Positions 9,252 to 20,173 of a stretch of 33,836 nucleotides of DNA are shown here, in pieces. The position numbers were made by a program, and so were the translations under genes. Below the pieces are notes generated by a model. That model ran no database searches, was not told the origin of the DNA, and saw only the letters and a program-made list of their open reading frames with translations. The stretch comes from a virus. Within the stretch, counting starts at the first letter, position 1. Each line of letters begins with the position of its first letter. Where the stretch lies: UHGV virus genome UHGV-0391018. One strand, 5' to 3'.

Positions 9252-12242
9252 TTATAATCGCCCCCTTGATTGTCTTTCTGTCAATTTAGCTAGTTTAAGC
9301 GAGGTATCTTCGATAGCTTGCTCACTAGATAAATCAGCATATTCAATATTGAAATTGAAGTTCGGTGCATATGACTTCGATTCGCTTGAGTTGTTAATAA
9401 TTTGCCCTCCTGCGCTTACTAGACCCATTCTTCCCGATCCTAAAGCTATCTCTGGAGTGATTTTATCTAATAATCCAGATGATAAAGCTTCCATTGTTCT
9501 GAATGCTTTATCTGAATCGGCCTCAATACCAGCTGCGATTCCTTGAGGAATGTATCGACCGATTTCATCTCTCATTACTCTAGACGGAGAATGGATATTA
9601 AGAGCATCAGCGATTGTATCCTTAATGCCATTCCCTATATCTGCAATAGTATTCCATAGGCTTTGTAAGCCGCTTGTAACACCGTTTATTAGCCCGCTAA
9701 TAATATTCTGACCAATAGAATAGAGATCAATATTTCCCAAATTGCTAAAATAGCTTTGAACTTTGCTTACTGCATCAGAAACCCCTCGAGTTAGATTATT
9801 CCAAGCGTTTTGCGCTCCGCTTACCAATCCATTGATGATACTTAAAACAGATGACTTTAAGGATTGCCACATGTTAGAAGCCGTTGACTTGATCCCGTTC
9901 CATAAATTCGACATGAAATTTTTAAACGAGTTCCACGTATTTTGAAGCCCGCTGACTAATCCAGAAACGATACTAGAAACGTTGGCTTTTAGTGCATTCC
10001 AGATCGAGCTTGCTGCCGATTTGATCGCATTCCAGATGTTCGTAACAACTGACTTCAAATTGTTAAACTGAGCTGTGACATACCCAACGATTGTAGAAAC
10101 CACACCCGAAAAGTAGGTTTTTATACCATTCCAGATCATGGACGCCGCCGCTTTGATGTTATCCCAAATTTGAGAAAGGTGTGATCCCATGCTTGAAAAG
10201 TCACCTGTAATTAAATCGGTAAGAATCAAAACAGGTGCGAGAATGACGTTTTTGATCAATTCCCACGCACCTTGAGCAACCATTTGGATACCTTGCCAGA
10301 TCATACTTAAGCCAGAAGAGACGCTGTTCCAGACATTCATAAAGGCATCAATGAACGGCTGAATGATTCCCATAATCGTCGTTTTGAATAGTTCCCACAT
10401 GACAGAAGCTGTTGTCGTGATATTGGTCCATAGTGTAGTAAAGAATTCTACTATGCTTGTCCACGCATTTTTTATGCTTTCAACAGCCGAACCGGCGGCA
10501 AGTTTTATTCCTTCCCATATTCCCGCAAACCATTCACCAACGCCCGTCCAAGCGGCAACGATCGCATTCTTTGCAGTCACGAATGCTTGTTTGATGGCTT
10601 CCCAGATCGCAATGACGGCATTTCTAAAGCCTTCGTTTGTCTTCCAAAGATACAAGACTCCGGCAACTACTGCAGCAATAGCTGTTCCAATCAATACGAG
10701 TGGGCCACCTGCAGCCGCGGCAAGTGCCGAAAAGCCTGCTTTCAAAAGAGTCAAAGCTCCAGCTGCCGACTTAATCATACTAATCGCTGTTACTAAACCT
10801 TTTACCGCTGTAACAACAGTTGTGATCGTAGCGATTACGGAAGAGATGGTTTTGAATGCCAAAAAGCCAGCTACTGCTCCTGCAAGAACAGCACCCAGTG
10901 TATTAAAGACTTCCTTATTTTTATTGACCCAATCTGTTGCTTTCTGCAATGCCGGGACAACCTCATTCATAATGGCTTCTGTGATTTTTCCGCTCACATC
11001 CCAGATAACATCTGCCAATTTTGATAACATCGGCATGATCGTGTTCACGAATCCATCAAGAAGTGGCTTCATGATGTCAAGAGCTAACGGCACGACGTTG
11101 GCCAATAATTCTGAAAGTGCAATAGCCCAACTCGATATGATACCACTAATTTTCACTAGGATCGGCTGTGCTTGTGCGAGCAGGTTTTTAAAACTATCGA
11201 TGAATCCACCGATGCGATCTTTAACGGAATATACAAGGTTACTTATTGATCCTTTGATCCACATCGTTGCCCACTTCATATTTGCAATGATTCCATCGAA
11301 CATCTTCACATTGCTAAAACCGCTTTTCAGTTTCTCGATAGCCGGTAGAATCATATCCATTGATTTTACAATTGAGTTACCAGCATTATTGATCAGTACT
11401 TTCAGTCCATCGATGTGTTGAGCAATAGTTTTACCAGAAACTTTTTGAACCAATTCATCAAATTTTGTAATTATATTTGCCACGTTTTTTGAAATTGAAT
11501 TTTTCAGATTTCCGAATGAAGTAGCGATACCAAGACTATTCTCTTTGGCTAGCTTCGCTAGCATTCCAGTCCCTGTACCTAGCTCAATCAATTTATCTTG
11601 AAACTGATCAAACGTTACATTTCCTTCTTTCAAGGCAGCATAAAGATCGCGCTGGGCAGACTTTCCGGTAAAACCCATCGCCTCTGCAGTCTTCTGTAAT
11701 GCAAGCGGCATCGTTTCTTGAAGTGTTTTCCATGACTCCAAATCCACAGTTCCTGAAGAAAGCATTTGGTTATATTGTTGCATACCACGATTGGCATCTT
11801 CAGTAGATGCGCCACTTGCTAGAAACGCATTATTCAAAGCCAAAACTGTATCAGTTGATTTATCGAGATCACCAGTGATTGACGTTAATTGTTGTGTACT
11901 GGCCACGACATCATCTAACTTAGTCGGCAGACCATCAATTCCATCAGATAGCTTATTAATCGACTTTTTTGAGTCGTCAGCACTGAATCCTAACGCCTTC
12001 ATAACCTTCGGAAACTTTTGCATCGTGTCGAAACGTGACACCGCGTCTCCAACGGAGTTTTTGAGTACATTAAAAGCTGCACTGGCAAGCTTAACAGCTC
12101 CGACAGCAACGGCCATATCTCTAATGCTCTTATTGGCTTTTGTAGATTTCCCCTCTAATTGATCCAAGTTTTTATTCAATCCAGTTACATCTTTACCGTC
12201 TACATTGACAGATATTGATACCGTTCCATCACTCATCGTCAT
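9252..12242 (-). CDS. Tape measure protein (996 aa).
   Basis: It is very long and Ala/Gly/Ser-rich, with repeated W/F-xx-I/L helical motifs and a central hydrophobic glycine zipper. It follows the G/GT chaperones. Confidence 0.85.
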   Translation of the reverse strand: MTMSDGTVSISVNVDGKDVTGLNKNLDQLEGKSTKANKSIRDMAVAVGAVKLASAAFNVLKNSVGDAVSRFDTMQKFPKVMKALGFSADDSKKSINKLSDGIDGLPTKLDDVVASTQQLTSITGDLDKSTDTVLALNNAFLASGASTEDANRGMQQYNQMLSSGTVDLESWKTLQETMPLALQKTAEAMGFTGKSAQRDLYAALKEGNVTFDQFQDKLIELGTGTGMLAKLAKENSLGIATSFGNLKNSISKNVANIITKFDELVQKVSGKTIAQHIDGLKVLINNAGNSIVKSMDMILPAIEKLKSGFSNVKMFDGIIANMKWATMWIKGSISNLVYSVKDRIGGFIDSFKNLLAQAQPILVKISGIISSWAIALSELLANVVPLALDIMKPLLDGFVNTIMPMLSKLADVIWDVSGKITEAIMNEVVPALQKATDWVNKNKEVFNTLGAVLAGAVAGFLAFKTISSVIATITTVVTAVKGLVTAISMIKSAAGALTLLKAGFSALAAAAGGPLVLIGTAIAAVVAGVLYLWKTNEGFRNAVIAIWEAIKQAFVTAKNAIVAAWTGVGEWFAGIWEGIKLAAGSAVESIKNAWTSIVEFFTTLWTNITTTASVMWELFKTTIMGIIQPFIDAFMNVWNSVSSGLSMIWQGIQMVAQGAWELIKNVILAPVLILTDLITGDFSSMGSHLSQIWDNIKAAASMIWNGIKTYFSGVVSTIVGYVTAQFNNLKSVVTNIWNAIKSAASSIWNALKANVSSIVSGLVSGLQNTWNSFKNFMSNLWNGIKSTASNMWQSLKSSVLSIINGLVSGAQNAWNNLTRGVSDAVSKVQSYFSNLGNIDLYSIGQNIISGLINGVTSGLQSLWNTIADIGNGIKDTIADALNIHSPSRVMRDEIGRYIPQGIAAGIEADSDKAFRTMEALSSGLLDKITPEIALGSGRMGLVSAGGQIINNSSESKSYAPNFNFNIEYADLSSEQAIEDTSLKLAKLTERQSRGRL

Positions 12243-12807
12243 CCTCCTCCCTTAACATATTTGGAAGAGCGTACTTACGCTGTAATTCACGCATTCTCCG
12301 CTTTTCTTTTGCATCCATTCCTTTTTGAGGTTCCCAATTTCGAATCTGGATGATGCGTTGCATAATAGAATCGTCTGGTAAACTCTCAAGAAGTGCCTGG
12401 AACTCTTGCCAAGAAAGTTTTCCTTGCTCTGCGAATAGATTTATCCCTATTTGCCTGAACGACGCATAAATGTACTTCGCGTCATAAACGATATCTAAGC
12501 TCTTTTTAGTCGGCTTTGTTGGTAATTCGTTTCCAAGTTCATCAATTTCAGGTTGATTATTTCCTTCGAATAAAATGAACTTGGATCGAATTAACTCCCA
12601 CATGTCCAATTTTTCGGATAAACTTAAATCCGTTTCTCCTACTAATAATTCAATAACCAAGTCAATCTTTTGCTTACTAAACAGCTCTTTGTCTGCTAGA
12701 ACATCAAACACGTCTAGCACATTGTCAAAAGCTAAATCAATTGGATAGGTTTTTTCACAAAAAGAAAAAGAGGTAACAAGCGGATCATTTAACCGCATAA
12801 CTGTCAC
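12229..12807 (-). CDS. Tail assembly chaperone, downstream (-1 frame, 'T') part.
   Basis: It lies in the -1 frame relative to the upstream 129-aa gene and overlaps it by GTGA. This is the conserved G/GT position before the TMP. Confidence 0.5.
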   Translation of the reverse strand: MTVMRLNDPLVTSFSFCEKTYPIDLAFDNVLDVFDVLADKELFSKQKIDLVIELLVGETDLSLSEKLDMWELIRSKFILFEGNNQPEIDELGNELPTKPTKKSLDIVYDAKYIYASFRQIGINLFAEQGKLSWQEFQALLESLPDDSIMQRIIQIRNWEPQKGMDAKEKRRMRELQRKYALPNMLREEDDDE

Positions 12808-13193
12808 CCCTTCTTAATTGCTTTTTTCTTCAAATATTCTTTTTGAACATTAGTCGATTTGCTTTCCTGCTCTTTCTTGAACTCGTCGATATTCTGTGCA
12901 ATCCCACTAGCCAAATCAAAGAATGCGTTAATCCAAGCGATAAGGTCTGGTACTTCTTTGTACAGTTTCTTAAACGCTCCATCACCAAGCATTACGTCAT
13001 AGCCTAAGCCAAGCGCTTCTTTCTTCGACTCAATATCACCATCATCTTCCAATTCATTTAGTTTCTTTTCAACCTCTGCATATTTAACTTCATATTCTTC
13101 AATATGCTCCGCAGAACAATCAAAAAAGAAATCTAATCCTGCTAATGATACAGGGAACCCTGTTCTTTCAACATTAATATTTAATGCTTTCAT
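12804..13193 (-). CDS. Tail assembly chaperone G.
   Basis: It is a small acidic protein between the MTP and the TMP. Confidence 0.55.
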   Translation of the reverse strand: MKALNINVERTGFPVSLAGLDFFFDCSAEHIEEYEVKYAEVEKKLNELEDDGDIESKKEALGLGYDVMLGDGAFKKLYKEVPDLIAWINAFFDLASGIAQNIDEFKKEQESKSTNVQKEYLKKKAIKKG

Positions 13194-13203
13194 ATTCGTC
13201 CTC

Positions 13204-13431
13204 CTATGCTGATGCTGGAGTTATTTTCACAATGGCACTTTCTTTTCCATAGCCAATTTCATTTTTAGCTTGTGCCTTGAATTCATACTCCGATCCGTTT
13301 GTTAATCCACTAATATCACCCGTTTTTGTTGTAACTTCTTTTTCAGAGAATGTAGCCGACCCGGTTCTATACAAAATCTTATAGCCAGTAATATCCGATG
13401 CGCCGGACGGATCAGTAAGTGTGTAGCTCAC
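13204..13431 (-). CDS. FN3/Ig-like domain ORF, most likely expressed as a C-terminal extension of the major tail protein by a -1 frameshift.
   Basis: It has a GTG pseudo-start and no RBS. Its frame is open from the MTP 3' end, and it shows a beta-sandwich-like Ig/FN3 pattern. Confidence 0.6.
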   Translation of the reverse strand: MSYTLTDPSGASDITGYKILYRTGSATFSEKEVTTKTGDISGLTNGSEYEFKAQAKNEIGYGKESAIVKITPASA

Positions 13432-13475
13432 TTTTCCGTCACCGGCTGTTACCTCTATAGTTGGAGCATCGGGTA

Positions 13476-13958
13476 CTATTTTTTTGGTGTAATCTCTGGA
13501 ATTCGGTCAAAAGTAATCGTGCAGCTAAAGTCTTCATATTCTGTAGCATCGCCTGCGCCTGCAATGATATCCGTTAAGGTAGCGCGTCCGATATATGTGT
13601 CGCCGTTTGTCATCACAACTTTATGCCATACTTTACGACCTTCGCCAGTCTTGTATTTCTTTGAAGCAACCAAAGCTTGCGCAGCATCTTCAGGGTCGTA
13701 AAAACCTTCAGGACTATACGCTCCTGCGACCGCCGTTACTGTCGTTTCTGGTGTTCCATCGCCATCGTAAAAACCTGTATCGTCTGTTTGCTCATCGGTA
13801 TCATCGCCAATGGAGCTAATGTACTTGGCTAACCGTAACCATTCTTCACTTTCTGCTGTTGGCGCGGTTTCTTGACCTAGTGTGTATTCAGCTAAGTAAT
13901 GTTCCCGTTTCGCATTCTTGTTACGAGCAAATAATTGTATATTCATTTTTAATAGCAT
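13476..13958 (-). CDS. Major tail protein (160 aa).
   Basis: It sits between the tail completion gene and the chaperones. An A_AAA_AAA slippery heptamer lies at its last codons. Confidence 0.6.
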   Translation of the reverse strand: MLLKMNIQLFARNKNAKREHYLAEYTLGQETAPTAESEEWLRLAKYISSIGDDTDEQTDDTGFYDGDGTPETTVTAVAGAYSPEGFYDPEDAAQALVASKKYKTGEGRKVWHKVVMTNGDTYIGRATLTDIIAGAGDATEYEDFSCTITFDRIPEITPKK

Positions 13959-14356
13959 TATTTTTCCCCCTTGAAGGTTGTTAGTTTTACTTGAAAGTCT
14001 AATAAAAAAACGAACCAGCCTTGTTCATCAGCATCATTGATGAACGGCTTGCTCGATATTGTAAGATTATTGAATTCAAATGAATTATTTGAGCTAGTTA
14101 TTTCTTCTAGTTGTTCTAAATAGTCTGAGATCAACCACAATGCTTGCTCTATCTTGTCACCATCTTTTGACTTCATTGCGATTTCATAATTCAGTTGTTG
14201 GTCCTTGATACCATCATAAAACTCAGTTATTACTTGGCCGCCGGGTAACGGATAAATTACTAGGCTTTCATCCGCGGAAAGGTATCCTTTTCGAATTTTG
14301 ATAGGTAACCCAGCAATTGTATTAATGGAATCTTTAATACGATCAATAAAATCCAT
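13958..14356 (-). CDS. Tail completion / tail terminator-like protein.
   Basis: Assigned from synteny with SPP1-like siphoviruses. Confidence 0.4.
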   Translation of the reverse strand: MDFIDRIKDSINTIAGLPIKIRKGYLSADESLVIYPLPGGQVITEFYDGIKDQQLNYEIAMKSKDGDKIEQALWLISDYLEQLEEITSSNNSFEFNNLTISSKPFINDADEQGWFVFLLDFQVKLTTFKGEK

Positions 14357-14682
14357 CAGTTAACACCAGCTCCTCTCAAAAATGCTCGCTTCCATGATTT
14401 TCCGTGCAGTCCTTTAGCTTTCAAATCCCAACGTGGACCAGTGCCTGGAGTAGAATACTTCTTACCTCTCAGATAAAATTGTCGTTTTGCGTACTTCGTT
14501 TCATACAGAATCACGCTCCCGTCATTTTTTAGATGCGCGCTTGTTCGAAGAGTGTTGCTTTTTCTAGGTACAAATGGATTCATATCAGCCATTGCTTGAT
14601 TTCCCAATGCATACCTTCCCCGTTTCATTGCTTCAGGACTTAATTTTGCACGCACGCCTTTTATATTTACTTCTACACCCAT
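14356..14682 (-). CDS. Head-tail joining / minor capsid-like protein (108 aa).
   Basis: Assigned from synteny. It is a basic protein. Confidence 0.4.
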   Translation of the reverse strand: MGVEVNIKGVRAKLSPEAMKRGRYALGNQAMADMNPFVPRKSNTLRTSAHLKNDGSVILYETKYAKRQFYLRGKKYSTPGTGPRWDLKAKGLHGKSWKRAFLRGAGVN

Positions 14683-15023
14683 TAGACCACCTCTAACTCA
14701 TAGGAGTATAAATCGTCTGTATAAGCTTCAGTAAGTCGGTCAACCTTAGTCACCGTGTGTTCTGTTCCATCATAGATAACTAATGATTGTGCTTTAAAAT
14801 CGAGCATTGGATCGGTCAAACCAGCATAGCAAAAAATCACTGCATTATAGAGTAGTTGCTTGCCGTTCGTTGAAAACGTATATTGGCTTCCGCGATCGAT
14901 GCGACAAAAGGAAATGTTTTTTTCTTCACCGTGCTTAGGCTTGTTCCAGTCACCTTCTCCTAGATACTCTCGATAAATAAATGAATCAACCAAGAACTCT
15001 TTTGGTGGTTTCGGCATTAACAT
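14682..15023 (-). CDS. Head closure / stopper-like protein.
   Basis: Assigned from synteny. Confidence 0.4.
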   Translation of the reverse strand: MLMPKPPKEFLVDSFIYREYLGEGDWNKPKHGEEKNISFCRIDRGSQYTFSTNGKQLLYNAVIFCYAGLTDPMLDFKAQSLVIYDGTEHTVTKVDRLTEAYTDDLYSYELEVV

Positions 15024-15421
15024 GAGTCAACACCTCGATATAGAAGCCCTGTGCCTTCAAGATAGATATAAATGTCCTCGGCCACTAAAGATTTGCTCTC
15101 ATTAGCTCCTGATGAGTTATATCGACTGCCATTTGAAACACTCGTGCGACCAGCTGAGAAAGTCTGCGGTGCTCTATTGATACTCTCAAAAGTAGCTGCC
15201 CCAAGCTCCCCGAAATACTCAATTTGACTACATAGAGCTAATTTGAATTGATCGACTCGAAACGTGACCGGATCTTCATCGATTTTATGCAATTGATAAA
15301 ACCGATTCGTGATATTGTCGATCACTGCAGCGGCTTTTGAGTAAAACTGTTCGAATGTCTTTTCATAATCATCGGTTTTCCCAGTAATTGATTTGAACTC
15401 GTTAAATGTAATATAGCCCAT
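15017..15421 (-). CDS. Head-tail connector (adaptor) protein.
   Basis: It is the first gene after the MCP, the conserved position for this protein. Confidence 0.45.
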   Translation of the reverse strand: MGYITFNEFKSITGKTDDYEKTFEQFYSKAAAVIDNITNRFYQLHKIDEDPVTFRVDQFKLALCSQIEYFGELGAATFESINRAPQTFSAGRTSVSNGSRYNSSGANESKSLVAEDIYIYLEGTGLLYRGVDSC

Positions 15422-15460
15422 GACTTGCCTCCTTCCATAAAAGAAAGGCTAGCCAAAAGA

Positions 15461-15679
15461 CTAGCCTCCACTTGGTTCGGTTACTGTGACTTCACATGTT
15501 GCCGTCTTCCCGTTCACTGTCTTAGCGGTAACTGTAGCAGTCCCCGCAGCAATGGCGGTTACTTTTCCTTGCACTGGCGTGACAGTCGCAATAGCGGTAT
15601 TACTTGAACTATATTGGACTGACTTATCTGAAGCGTCACTAGGCACGACAGTCGCAGATAGTGTTTCGTTTGCCCCCAC
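15461..15679 (-). CDS. Big_2 (bacterial Ig-like) domain, most likely fused to the MCP by a -1 frameshift.
   Basis: It has a GTG pseudo-start. The frame is open back into the MCP 3' end. The sequence ...TVTAKTVNGKTATCEVTV... is a Big_2-like pattern. Confidence 0.65.
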   Translation of the reverse strand: MGANETLSATVVPSDASDKSVQYSSSNTAIATVTPVQGKVTAIAAGTATVTAKTVNGKTATCEVTVTEPSGG

Positions 15680-15723
15680 CGCAAGCGTAGCCGTTGTTTT
15701 ATTTAGGGTTACGCCGGATGGGT

Positions 15724-16584
15724 CTACGCTTTTGGGACGTATGAAACGTAAATTGCTTTCTTAGCATTATCAAATACAATTGCATCGTAGTAATCCAAAC
15801 CTTTGATGGTGTCACGGTATCCGCTTCGGTCTTGAGAAGCTGGAACAGTATCGACGGTACCAAATTTCACGATTGGCGCAATCGCAGTTAGAGGTGTAAT
15901 GATGAAGTTGATTGTATCTTCAATATTGATACCATTGATACGGTTTTTCGATACTTTGAGGATCGGCACACCGCCATCGATCTGAGCTACTGTACGATTG
16001 ATTCCATTAATTTGCATTTGGTTTGTGGAGAAAGTTTTGCTGACTCCTTTCGCATTCTTCAATAGACGATACGTTGCAGCAGAAACAAACATCACGTATC
16101 CACCTGGAACTTCATTATCCGTCATATATTCTTCTGCGGCATCATAGGCAGCTAGGATAGTATCTTCTGTTAATGTTTCAGGTACTTTATTCCCAGCGTT
16201 TTCAAACATTACTTGGACAGCGACTTTGTCCCGATGTGGTACCGTGATCAAGCGCTTGTGTTCTGTCACAACGTTATTGATTGTCAATGCCGCACTTTCC
16301 GATTGATCTAACTGGTCTACGTCATATCCGAACCAATCTTCATGAGTCAGCTTGATGGTTTCTTTTGCGATACTGATTTGGTTGCGAGCATTTTCCCCGT
16401 TTCGGATGTATTCAGTAGCTTCCATAAAACCTGACATTTTATTGATCCGAACCTCATTTGCACCTACGAAATCTGCTGCAGTGATGCTTTTTGCACCTTG
16501 AGTTAGTACATCCCAGACTTGAGAATCCGCGCGAAATTCTTTGTCGATTGTTGCTAAATCTTTACTATCTAATACTAATGCCAT
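15724..16584 (-). CDS. Major capsid protein.
   Basis: It follows the scaffold gene and is about 31 kDa. A CCCAAAA slippery site lies at its 3' end. Confidence 0.7.
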   Translation of the reverse strand: MALVLDSKDLATIDKEFRADSQVWDVLTQGAKSITAADFVGANEVRINKMSGFMEATEYIRNGENARNQISIAKETIKLTHEDWFGYDVDQLDQSESAALTINNVVTEHKRLITVPHRDKVAVQVMFENAGNKVPETLTEDTILAAYDAAEEYMTDNEVPGGYVMFVSAATYRLLKNAKGVSKTFSTNQMQINGINRTVAQIDGGVPILKVSKNRINGINIEDTINFIITPLTAIAPIVKFGTVDTVPASQDRSGYRDTIKGLDYYDAIVFDNAKKAIYVSYVPKA

Positions 16585-16586
16585 AA

Positions 16587-17189
16587 TTATTCACCTAATC
16601 TTTCTTGAATTTTTTGTACGATTGTCTTATCACTGCCTTGACCGCCTCCAGAAGGATTTCCACCAGGGACGATTTCTGGCTTTTCTTTTGTGTTTGGATC
16701 GACTGATTCTTGAAACAAAAATGCTTTACTCTCTTTCAGACCATTCAGTTGCTCGTCTAAGCCTTGCAGTCCATTGTCAGTCACTTTGATCGTGTCGCGA
16801 TCCAACAGACCTAAAACAATACTTTCGTCTAACGCATTCGCTTCTTTCAAAGCAAGCTTAATTGCGAAGTCTTTTTGTTGCTCAGATAACTTAGTTTCCG
16901 ATTCAGATTTGATAGTGTTGAATTTACCTTGGAGATCTGCCAATTGTTGGGTGAGCTCTTCATTACCCTTTGCAGACTCCTTAAGCGAATTAAGTTCGGT
17001 TTGATTAGCTTCAAGCTGTTGGTTCGCGTTATCTCTTTCACTCTGAACAGTGGATAATTGAGTGTTCAGTGACGTAACAGTTTTACCATGCAAAGCCATC
17101 ACCGATTTTGCCGTTTCTTCATCGATACCTAGTTCCAATAAATCTTCTTTCTTCATGTTGTTTCCTCCTAAGTGTTTTTTGAGTGGCAA
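16587..17189 (-). CDS. Scaffolding protein.
   Basis: It is an acidic coiled-coil protein between the morphogenesis protein and the MCP. Confidence 0.65.
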   Translation of the reverse strand: MPLKKHLGGNNMKKEDLLELGIDEETAKSVMALHGKTVTSLNTQLSTVQSERDNANQQLEANQTELNSLKESAKGNEELTQQLADLQGKFNTIKSESETKLSEQQKDFAIKLALKEANALDESIVLGLLDRDTIKVTDNGLQGLDEQLNGLKESKAFLFQESVDPNTKEKPEIVPGGNPSGGGQGSDKTIVQKIQERLGE

Positions 17190-17240
17190 CTCCCACTTTG
17201 AGCCGTCTTTTTGAGACTTCCGAGCAGGTCTAATGAAACA

Positions 17241-18398
17241 TTAAAAATCGTCGTACCTAAAATCTTTTAGTAGTGTATTGATAGGCGTGTAAACTTTCTC
17301 GCGTGCATAATTCCGGCTTAAATACTCATTGGAATTAACAAGATCCCGCATAGCAGACTGAGCCGCTCTGACCTTCTGACCCCAAGCTTTCGCGCTATCG
17401 GTTTGCCCAAGTGCCTCAGCAACTGCCTGATTCTTTTTCAATTTAACAATCTGGCGCTCTAATGCTCGTTGCCTTTTGATCAACTCGGCTACTTTAGCAT
17501 TTTCTTTTTCGTCAAACTTAGGCTGATTATTTTCATTTACACCGGGAATATATGGGATATGCAGATGAGCACAATTGACCCCTCTATGACCACTAGCTGT
17601 GCCGTAGTCGGCTTTCCAGTATGGATCATAAATACTACGGTACTCGCTGTCAGACGGTACAGATTCACGAAGATCAACAACGTGACCTTGTATCAATGAA
17701 CATGCTTGTCGAGCTCCCATGTGGCTCGTGACGATTACAGTGTGGACGCCATACTCTGCCATGCGATCCTTACGCAATTTGTCGTAAGTGTTATTTAGAG
17801 TAGATTTCAAAACAGTTCGAGCATATCGTTCTAAGCTCCATGTATGTCCGCCCTTGTCCACAAAAGTCGAGCGGATACCTTTTTGCGCCCATTCCCTAAT
17901 AGTTTTTTCTAACGCTTCCTCAAACGTAAAAAGACCGCTGTTAAAAGCAGCAGTCGTCTTGTTGATTATTTCGTTAAACATTTGAGTGGTCGCAGTGCCG
18001 TAACCAAAGTTCGTGGAGAGCAGCGTTTGATTGACGTAATTGTTTAGCTCGCTCCACACTTGATCGTGGTAGGCTTTCATTATGTTATCAAGATCGTTCG
18101 GCAGTTGGTGCGGATCATAAGGCATCTGCTTGTCAATATCTCGGACGATTTTCTCGCCGGAACTTTCAAACATCCTCGTCACTTCTGATTCCGCGATACC
18201 GGTGATCTGAGAAATGACCTTGATCGCATCCTTATTGAAAAGATGCAGCTCTTGCAGCTTTTCGCGTTGCCAATCAAGTATATTTTCGTGCCCTGTATTC
18301 AGACGCTTTGCAATCAGACGTATCAGTTCGCCTTCTAATGACTGATAGAGATGAGCCATGTTACTAGACCATAAATCTAGTTGATGCGGTGTGATCAT
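17241..18398 (-). CDS. Head morphogenesis protein (SPP1 gp7 / Mu F-like minor capsid protein).
   Basis: It is the conserved gene immediately after the portal. Confidence 0.6.
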   Translation of the reverse strand: MITPHQLDLWSSNMAHLYQSLEGELIRLIAKRLNTGHENILDWQREKLQELHLFNKDAIKVISQITGIAESEVTRMFESSGEKIVRDIDKQMPYDPHQLPNDLDNIMKAYHDQVWSELNNYVNQTLLSTNFGYGTATTQMFNEIINKTTAAFNSGLFTFEEALEKTIREWAQKGIRSTFVDKGGHTWSLERYARTVLKSTLNNTYDKLRKDRMAEYGVHTVIVTSHMGARQACSLIQGHVVDLRESVPSDSEYRSIYDPYWKADYGTASGHRGVNCAHLHIPYIPGVNENNQPKFDEKENAKVAELIKRQRALERQIVKLKKNQAVAEALGQTDSAKAWGQKVRAAQSAMRDLVNSNEYLSRNYAREKVYTPINTLLKDFRYDDF

Positions 18399-18402
18399 GC
18401 TA

Positions 18403-18663
18403 TCACTCCATTTCCTGCCTCAATCGGTTCATTTTCTCTTGAATTTCAGCAGCGAGTTTCGTTCGGTATTTCCCTGGTTTGGTGTTCTGCTGCTTGATTA
18501 AAAGAGAACGGATCTCTTTGTCAGAATAGAAAATAGTCGTTTTGCCCTGACATTTTTCACATTCTGCAAATTCATGAACGATCCCACCTTCTAATTTTTC
18601 GGATTCCCGAACGAGTCGCGTCAACTGACCACACTTTCCACATTGAAATAACTGATCAGACAT
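18403..18663 (-). CDS. Small zinc-ribbon protein.
   Basis: It carries CGKCGQ ... CEKCQG motifs. Confidence 0.4.
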   Translation of the reverse strand: MSDQLFQCGKCGQLTRLVRESEKLEGGIVHEFAECEKCQGKTTIFYSDKEIRSLLIKQQNTKPGKYRTKLAAEIQEKMNRLRQEME

Positions 18664-20162
18664 TATTCATCATCCCCTAGCTGCTGATTCGCAGAGTTAT
18701 TTTCTTGTTCCACATAATCCATTTCAAGAGCTTCGGCTCTGATCTCGTATACGATCTTCTTGGCTTCCTTCTCGGTAACGCCAGTAAGTTTCTGAATCGC
18801 ACTCAACTTCGATGAAAGCCCAGCAGTGACTAATTTGGAATAGTAGTCCGCTTTAGCGTCCTGTGATTGAAATACACCATCATCGAAATCAATATTGACT
18901 CCAAATTCCTCCGACGCAGAAAATAAATCGTAGGCGTCTGCTAATTCAAAAATAGTCGTGATCAGTTCTTTTAGTGCTTCCTCGACGATCAGAACGTTAT
19001 CGGATCGTGTTGAGAACGTCTCAGAGTTCTCGCTAATTATCTCTGTCGCCGTCTTTACCGATTGACCATCAAAACTAAACGTTCCACTAGAAAAGCCTGT
19101 CTGAAGCTCAATGATACGGAGAATAAAGTTAATGCTGTCGATAAACTCAGTCGATCGCAACGATGGCGAAAACTCGTCAATGAACGGCTCATCTGATTTC
19201 AAGCGCTGATAAACTGAGGTCTTGCTGTCAAAGCGTTTGATCGGATTCCCTTTCTCGTCATAACGGACTTTGAAGAAATGATCTGACGCAAGTATTTTTC
19301 GCTTGGCTTCCTCAATCTCCCACATAAACTCATCGTATTTTTCATTGATGTCGATCAACTGCCGCTTAGCATTGTCGATCACACCAAGACTAAGCGGGCT
19401 GTTTAGATCAAGATTGTTTTTTCCAGCCAGCTTAATATAGACGAATAACGGCCGACTGAATCCCTTCATTGCCACCTCATCTTTGAGATTCTTATATTTT
19501 TCAAGTGTGGCCAGCGGAATTTTAACGCCAACTTGATTTTGTTCGTCAGATCGATACAGTTCATTGCGAATGAAATACGTTCCGTTTTCCCACTCATGAA
19601 ATTCTAACAGCGTGTAGTAAACGGTCTTTTGACCCTCGGCTTGCTGGGTCACGGTCGCGATCGCCGCTTCTGAAATATCATTGGTATTCGACTGCAACGG
19701 ATAGAATGTATCAGCGCGGCAATAAGATATTTTTATCTTACCGGTGTTCGTATCGACGTATGGTCGCAATGCCAAACCACCGATCGCATACCCGGCTTCT
19801 AATTCCTCGCCGAAGTTCTTCCGAAATTTGTTGTCAGAAAAAACTTCTTGAAGAAATTTGTCTGCATTGTCATCATCAACAGTGATGTCGCAGCCGTCGT
19901 TAAAGACGAGCTTCGATAATTTCCTAGACACCACTTTAGAAACGTTCAGCGAGTGGAAAGGACGTGTTGCCGATAAGCCCTCGCTATTGATATAAGAGAC
20001 ATCAGGAAATGTATTCTTGTAGATCCTGCGGTTTTCTCGAATCCGGTTAAATTCATTTGAGTTTACGGAAATTTTCGGATGATCCGTAATATCATTTAAA
20101 GTTTGAACGACTCCCACTTTTGCACCTCCAATTCTAAATAAAGTCTTTAATCTTTCGAACAT
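18663..20162 (-). CDS. Portal protein (SPP1 gp6-like).
   Basis: It is about 500 aa and directly follows TerL. Confidence 0.8.
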   Translation of the reverse strand: MFERLKTLFRIGGAKVGVVQTLNDITDHPKISVNSNEFNRIRENRRIYKNTFPDVSYINSEGLSATRPFHSLNVSKVVSRKLSKLVFNDGCDITVDDDNADKFLQEVFSDNKFRKNFGEELEAGYAIGGLALRPYVDTNTGKIKISYCRADTFYPLQSNTNDISEAAIATVTQQAEGQKTVYYTLLEFHEWENGTYFIRNELYRSDEQNQVGVKIPLATLEKYKNLKDEVAMKGFSRPLFVYIKLAGKNNLDLNSPLSLGVIDNAKRQLIDINEKYDEFMWEIEEAKRKILASDHFFKVRYDEKGNPIKRFDSKTSVYQRLKSDEPFIDEFSPSLRSTEFIDSINFILRIIELQTGFSSGTFSFDGQSVKTATEIISENSETFSTRSDNVLIVEEALKELITTIFELADAYDLFSASEEFGVNIDFDDGVFQSQDAKADYYSKLVTAGLSSKLSAIQKLTGVTEKEAKKIVYEIRAEALEMDYVEQENNSANQQLGDDE

Positions 20163-20173
20163 TTCTCCACCTC

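Noticed and set aside
10363-11421. 352-aa + strand ORF inside the tape measure gene
   Set aside because: It is antisense to the TMP, is low-complexity Ala/Thr/Ser-rich, and has no RBS. It is the typical antisense artefact of repetitive TMP codons.
12816-12830. The A-run AAG AAA AAA as the chaperone frameshift site
   Set aside because: A -1 slip there runs into a UAA after two codons (12816..12814), so it cannot produce the GT fusion.
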